A stretch of 64,000 nt of DNA, from assembly GCA_024137785.1 (NCBI GenBank), contig JAHRHZ010000053.1, positions 5,675,806 to 5,739,805 of the forward strand, in the 5' to 3' direction. Position 1 is the stretch's first letter. Every line of letters starts with the position of its first letter. The notes under the pieces are model-generated. The model searched no databases and was not told the origin of the DNA. It worked only from the letters and a program-made list of their open reading frames with translations. Both the position numbers and the translations under genes were made by a program. Below are positions 62,030-64,000 of the stretch, piece after piece. Origin of the DNA: Ginglymostoma cirratum. Lineage: Eukaryota.

Positions 62030-63930
62030 AACACAGGAGCAGGCTCTTCGATGCTTTTCTAAACTATAAACCTTTTTCTCTACACAATCCAGTACCCTGT
62101 GTTCCCTGCTGATATATATGTCTTTCACGATGCCTCTGAAAGGTTGCTTTTGCATCTGCCTCCATGACCTCCTCTGGCAGGGCATTCCAGGCACTTTCTA
62201 ATCTGTGTATAAAAAAACGTTCTTTTCACACTTCCTTTAAACTTACCTCCCTTTACCTTAAACCCATGTCTCCGAGTAATTGACTTTTCTACCCTGGGAG
62301 AAAGATGTTGACTGTCCATTCTATCCATGCCTCTCATAACTTTGTAAACTTCTTTCAAGCGGCCCCTCGTTCTTTGATGCTCAACTGAAAACAAATCAAG
62401 TTTGTCCAATCCTGAAAGCTAATATCCTCCAAACCAGCTAAAATGTTTCTGTACTTTCTCCAAAGCCTCCTTACCGTTCTGGTAGTTTGGTGACTAGAGC
62501 TGTACAAAATATTCCAAATGTAGCCTACGCTCTAAATAGCTGCAATATGCTATTTTTTATACTTTATGCCCTGACAGATGAAGGCAAACATGCCATATGC
62601 CTTCTTGACCACCTTATCCACTTGTGTTGCCACTTTCAGGGAAATGCAGACCTGTACATTTAGCTCCCTCTGTTTGTTCATACAGGTTTCTGTCAATTAT
62701 TGTGTACTTCCCTCTTGCATTAATGTTGCAAAATATATTGCCTCTCATTTGTTCAGATTAAACTCCATCTGCCATTCCTCACCCAAGTCTCCAACCTGTC
62801 TATATCCTGCTATATCCCCCAGCAATCCTCCTCACTATCCACAACTCCTCAATCTTTGTGTCACCTGCAAAGTTACTAATCAGGCCACCTACATTCTCTT
62901 CCACTGTGACCTGTGACTAAAAAGGATACACAGATTTTCTCACCTGCCTCCCTCATCATTTTAGAATAGATCCCATCAGGTTCTCAGGACTTGTCTATGT
63001 TAATGCTTTTCAAAACACCCACCATCTCCCTTTTTTGGTATTGACTTGCCTTAGAATATCAACATGACCCTCCCAAGACTCATTAACCACCATGTCTTTC
63101 TCCATTGTGAAGACCAATGCAAAGTGTTCGTTAAGGACTTCAACCACTTCCTCCAGCTCTATGCATAAATTCCCTCCTTTGTCTTTGAGTGGGCCTATCC
63201 TTTCCTGAGCTACCCTCCTGCGCTTTATACATGTATAAAACACCGTGGAAATTTCCTTAGATAACAAGGTGTAGAGCTGGATGAACACAGCAGGCCACTT
63301 TCTGAAGAAGGGTCTAGGCCCGTAACGTCAGCCTTCCTGCTCCTCTGATGCTGCTTGGCCTACTGTGTTCATCCAGCTCTACACCTTGTTATCTCAGATT
63401 CTCCAGCATCTGCAGTTCCTACTAACTCTGGGAATTTCCCTAATCCTGTTCGCCAAGGACATTTTCTGGCCCCTTTTAGCCCTCCTAACTCTTTGTTTGA
63501 GTTCTTTCCTTCTATCTCCTTTTACATTTTGACTAAGCTGTCTTGTCAATTCCTCATGCAAGGTTCCTGAATCTTGCCATCCTCATCCTTTATTTGCATG
63601 GGAACATGCTGGTCCTGAACTCTAATCAACTGGTCTTTAAAAGATTCCCCCAGGCTAGATGTGGTTTTATTTGCAAACAGCCCCCACAATCTATATTCCC
63701 ATTTCCTGCCTAATATGGTGGTAGTAATCTTTCCCTCAGTTTAGTACACTCACTCAAGGATGACTCATATCCTTATCTATAAGTAACTTAAAGCTTACAG
63801 AAATAGGTCACTGCTCCCGAAATGCTCTGCCACTCGATAACCTGCCCTGGCTCATTCCCCAACACCAGGTCTACTATGGCCCTTCTTTATGGGGCTCTTT
63901 ACATATTGTTTCAAAAAGCTGTCCTGGGCA
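62030..63930 (-). mobile_element. CR1 LINE with internal deletions (endonuclease/linker pieces, RT pieces, 3' tail)
   Basis: RIGPLKDKGGNLC..EVLNEHFALVFT; DKLDLFSVE..RGRLKEVYKVMRGMDR. Confidence 0.85.
63259..63428 (+). mobile_element. Short fold-back hammerhead-bearing PLE terminal repeat
   Basis: A 39-bp inverted arm agataacaaggtgtagagctggatgaacacagcaggcca, then ttCTGAAGAagggtctaggcccGTAAcGTC. Imperfect TSD tggaaatttcctta / tgggaatttcccta. Confidence 0.85.
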
Positions 63931-64000
63931 CCTAACAACTGCGACACCCACTACCCACACCCCCGCCTCTCCCCCACCCCCGCCCCACAATCCAAGCCCC

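Noticed and set aside
575-63428. Fold-back elements as MITEs (DNA transposon derivatives)
   Set aside because: The arms are asymmetric, TSDs are long and variable, and the sequence matches PLE terminal repeats with hammerheads.

Overview
This window is repeat-dense, non-genic vertebrate DNA with one 400-N gap (9544-9943). The repeat spectrum points to a cartilaginous fish, probably a shark (inference): HE1/V-SINE-type tRNA SINEs, many CR1 LINE fragments, L2, Rex1/Babar, RTE, and Penelope-like elements (PLEs). I recognise no host protein-coding gene. Almost all longer ORFs are retroelement remnants, plus one decayed Harbinger (HARBI1-like) transposase. The most interesting signal is a scattered population of minimal type I hammerhead ribozyme (HHR) motifs, CTGAnGA-n-stemII-GAAA-n-nTH, from about five sequence families. 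One copy at 56875-56918 has a fully intact core and lies just after a GIY-YIG ORF. Many others sit in short (120-520 bp) non-coding units, often fold-back, with their own 11-16 bp target-site duplications (TSDs). These look like non-autonomous, ribozyme-carrying PLE derivatives. All family assignments come from motif recognition by eye, not database searches, and boundaries of old fragments are approximate.
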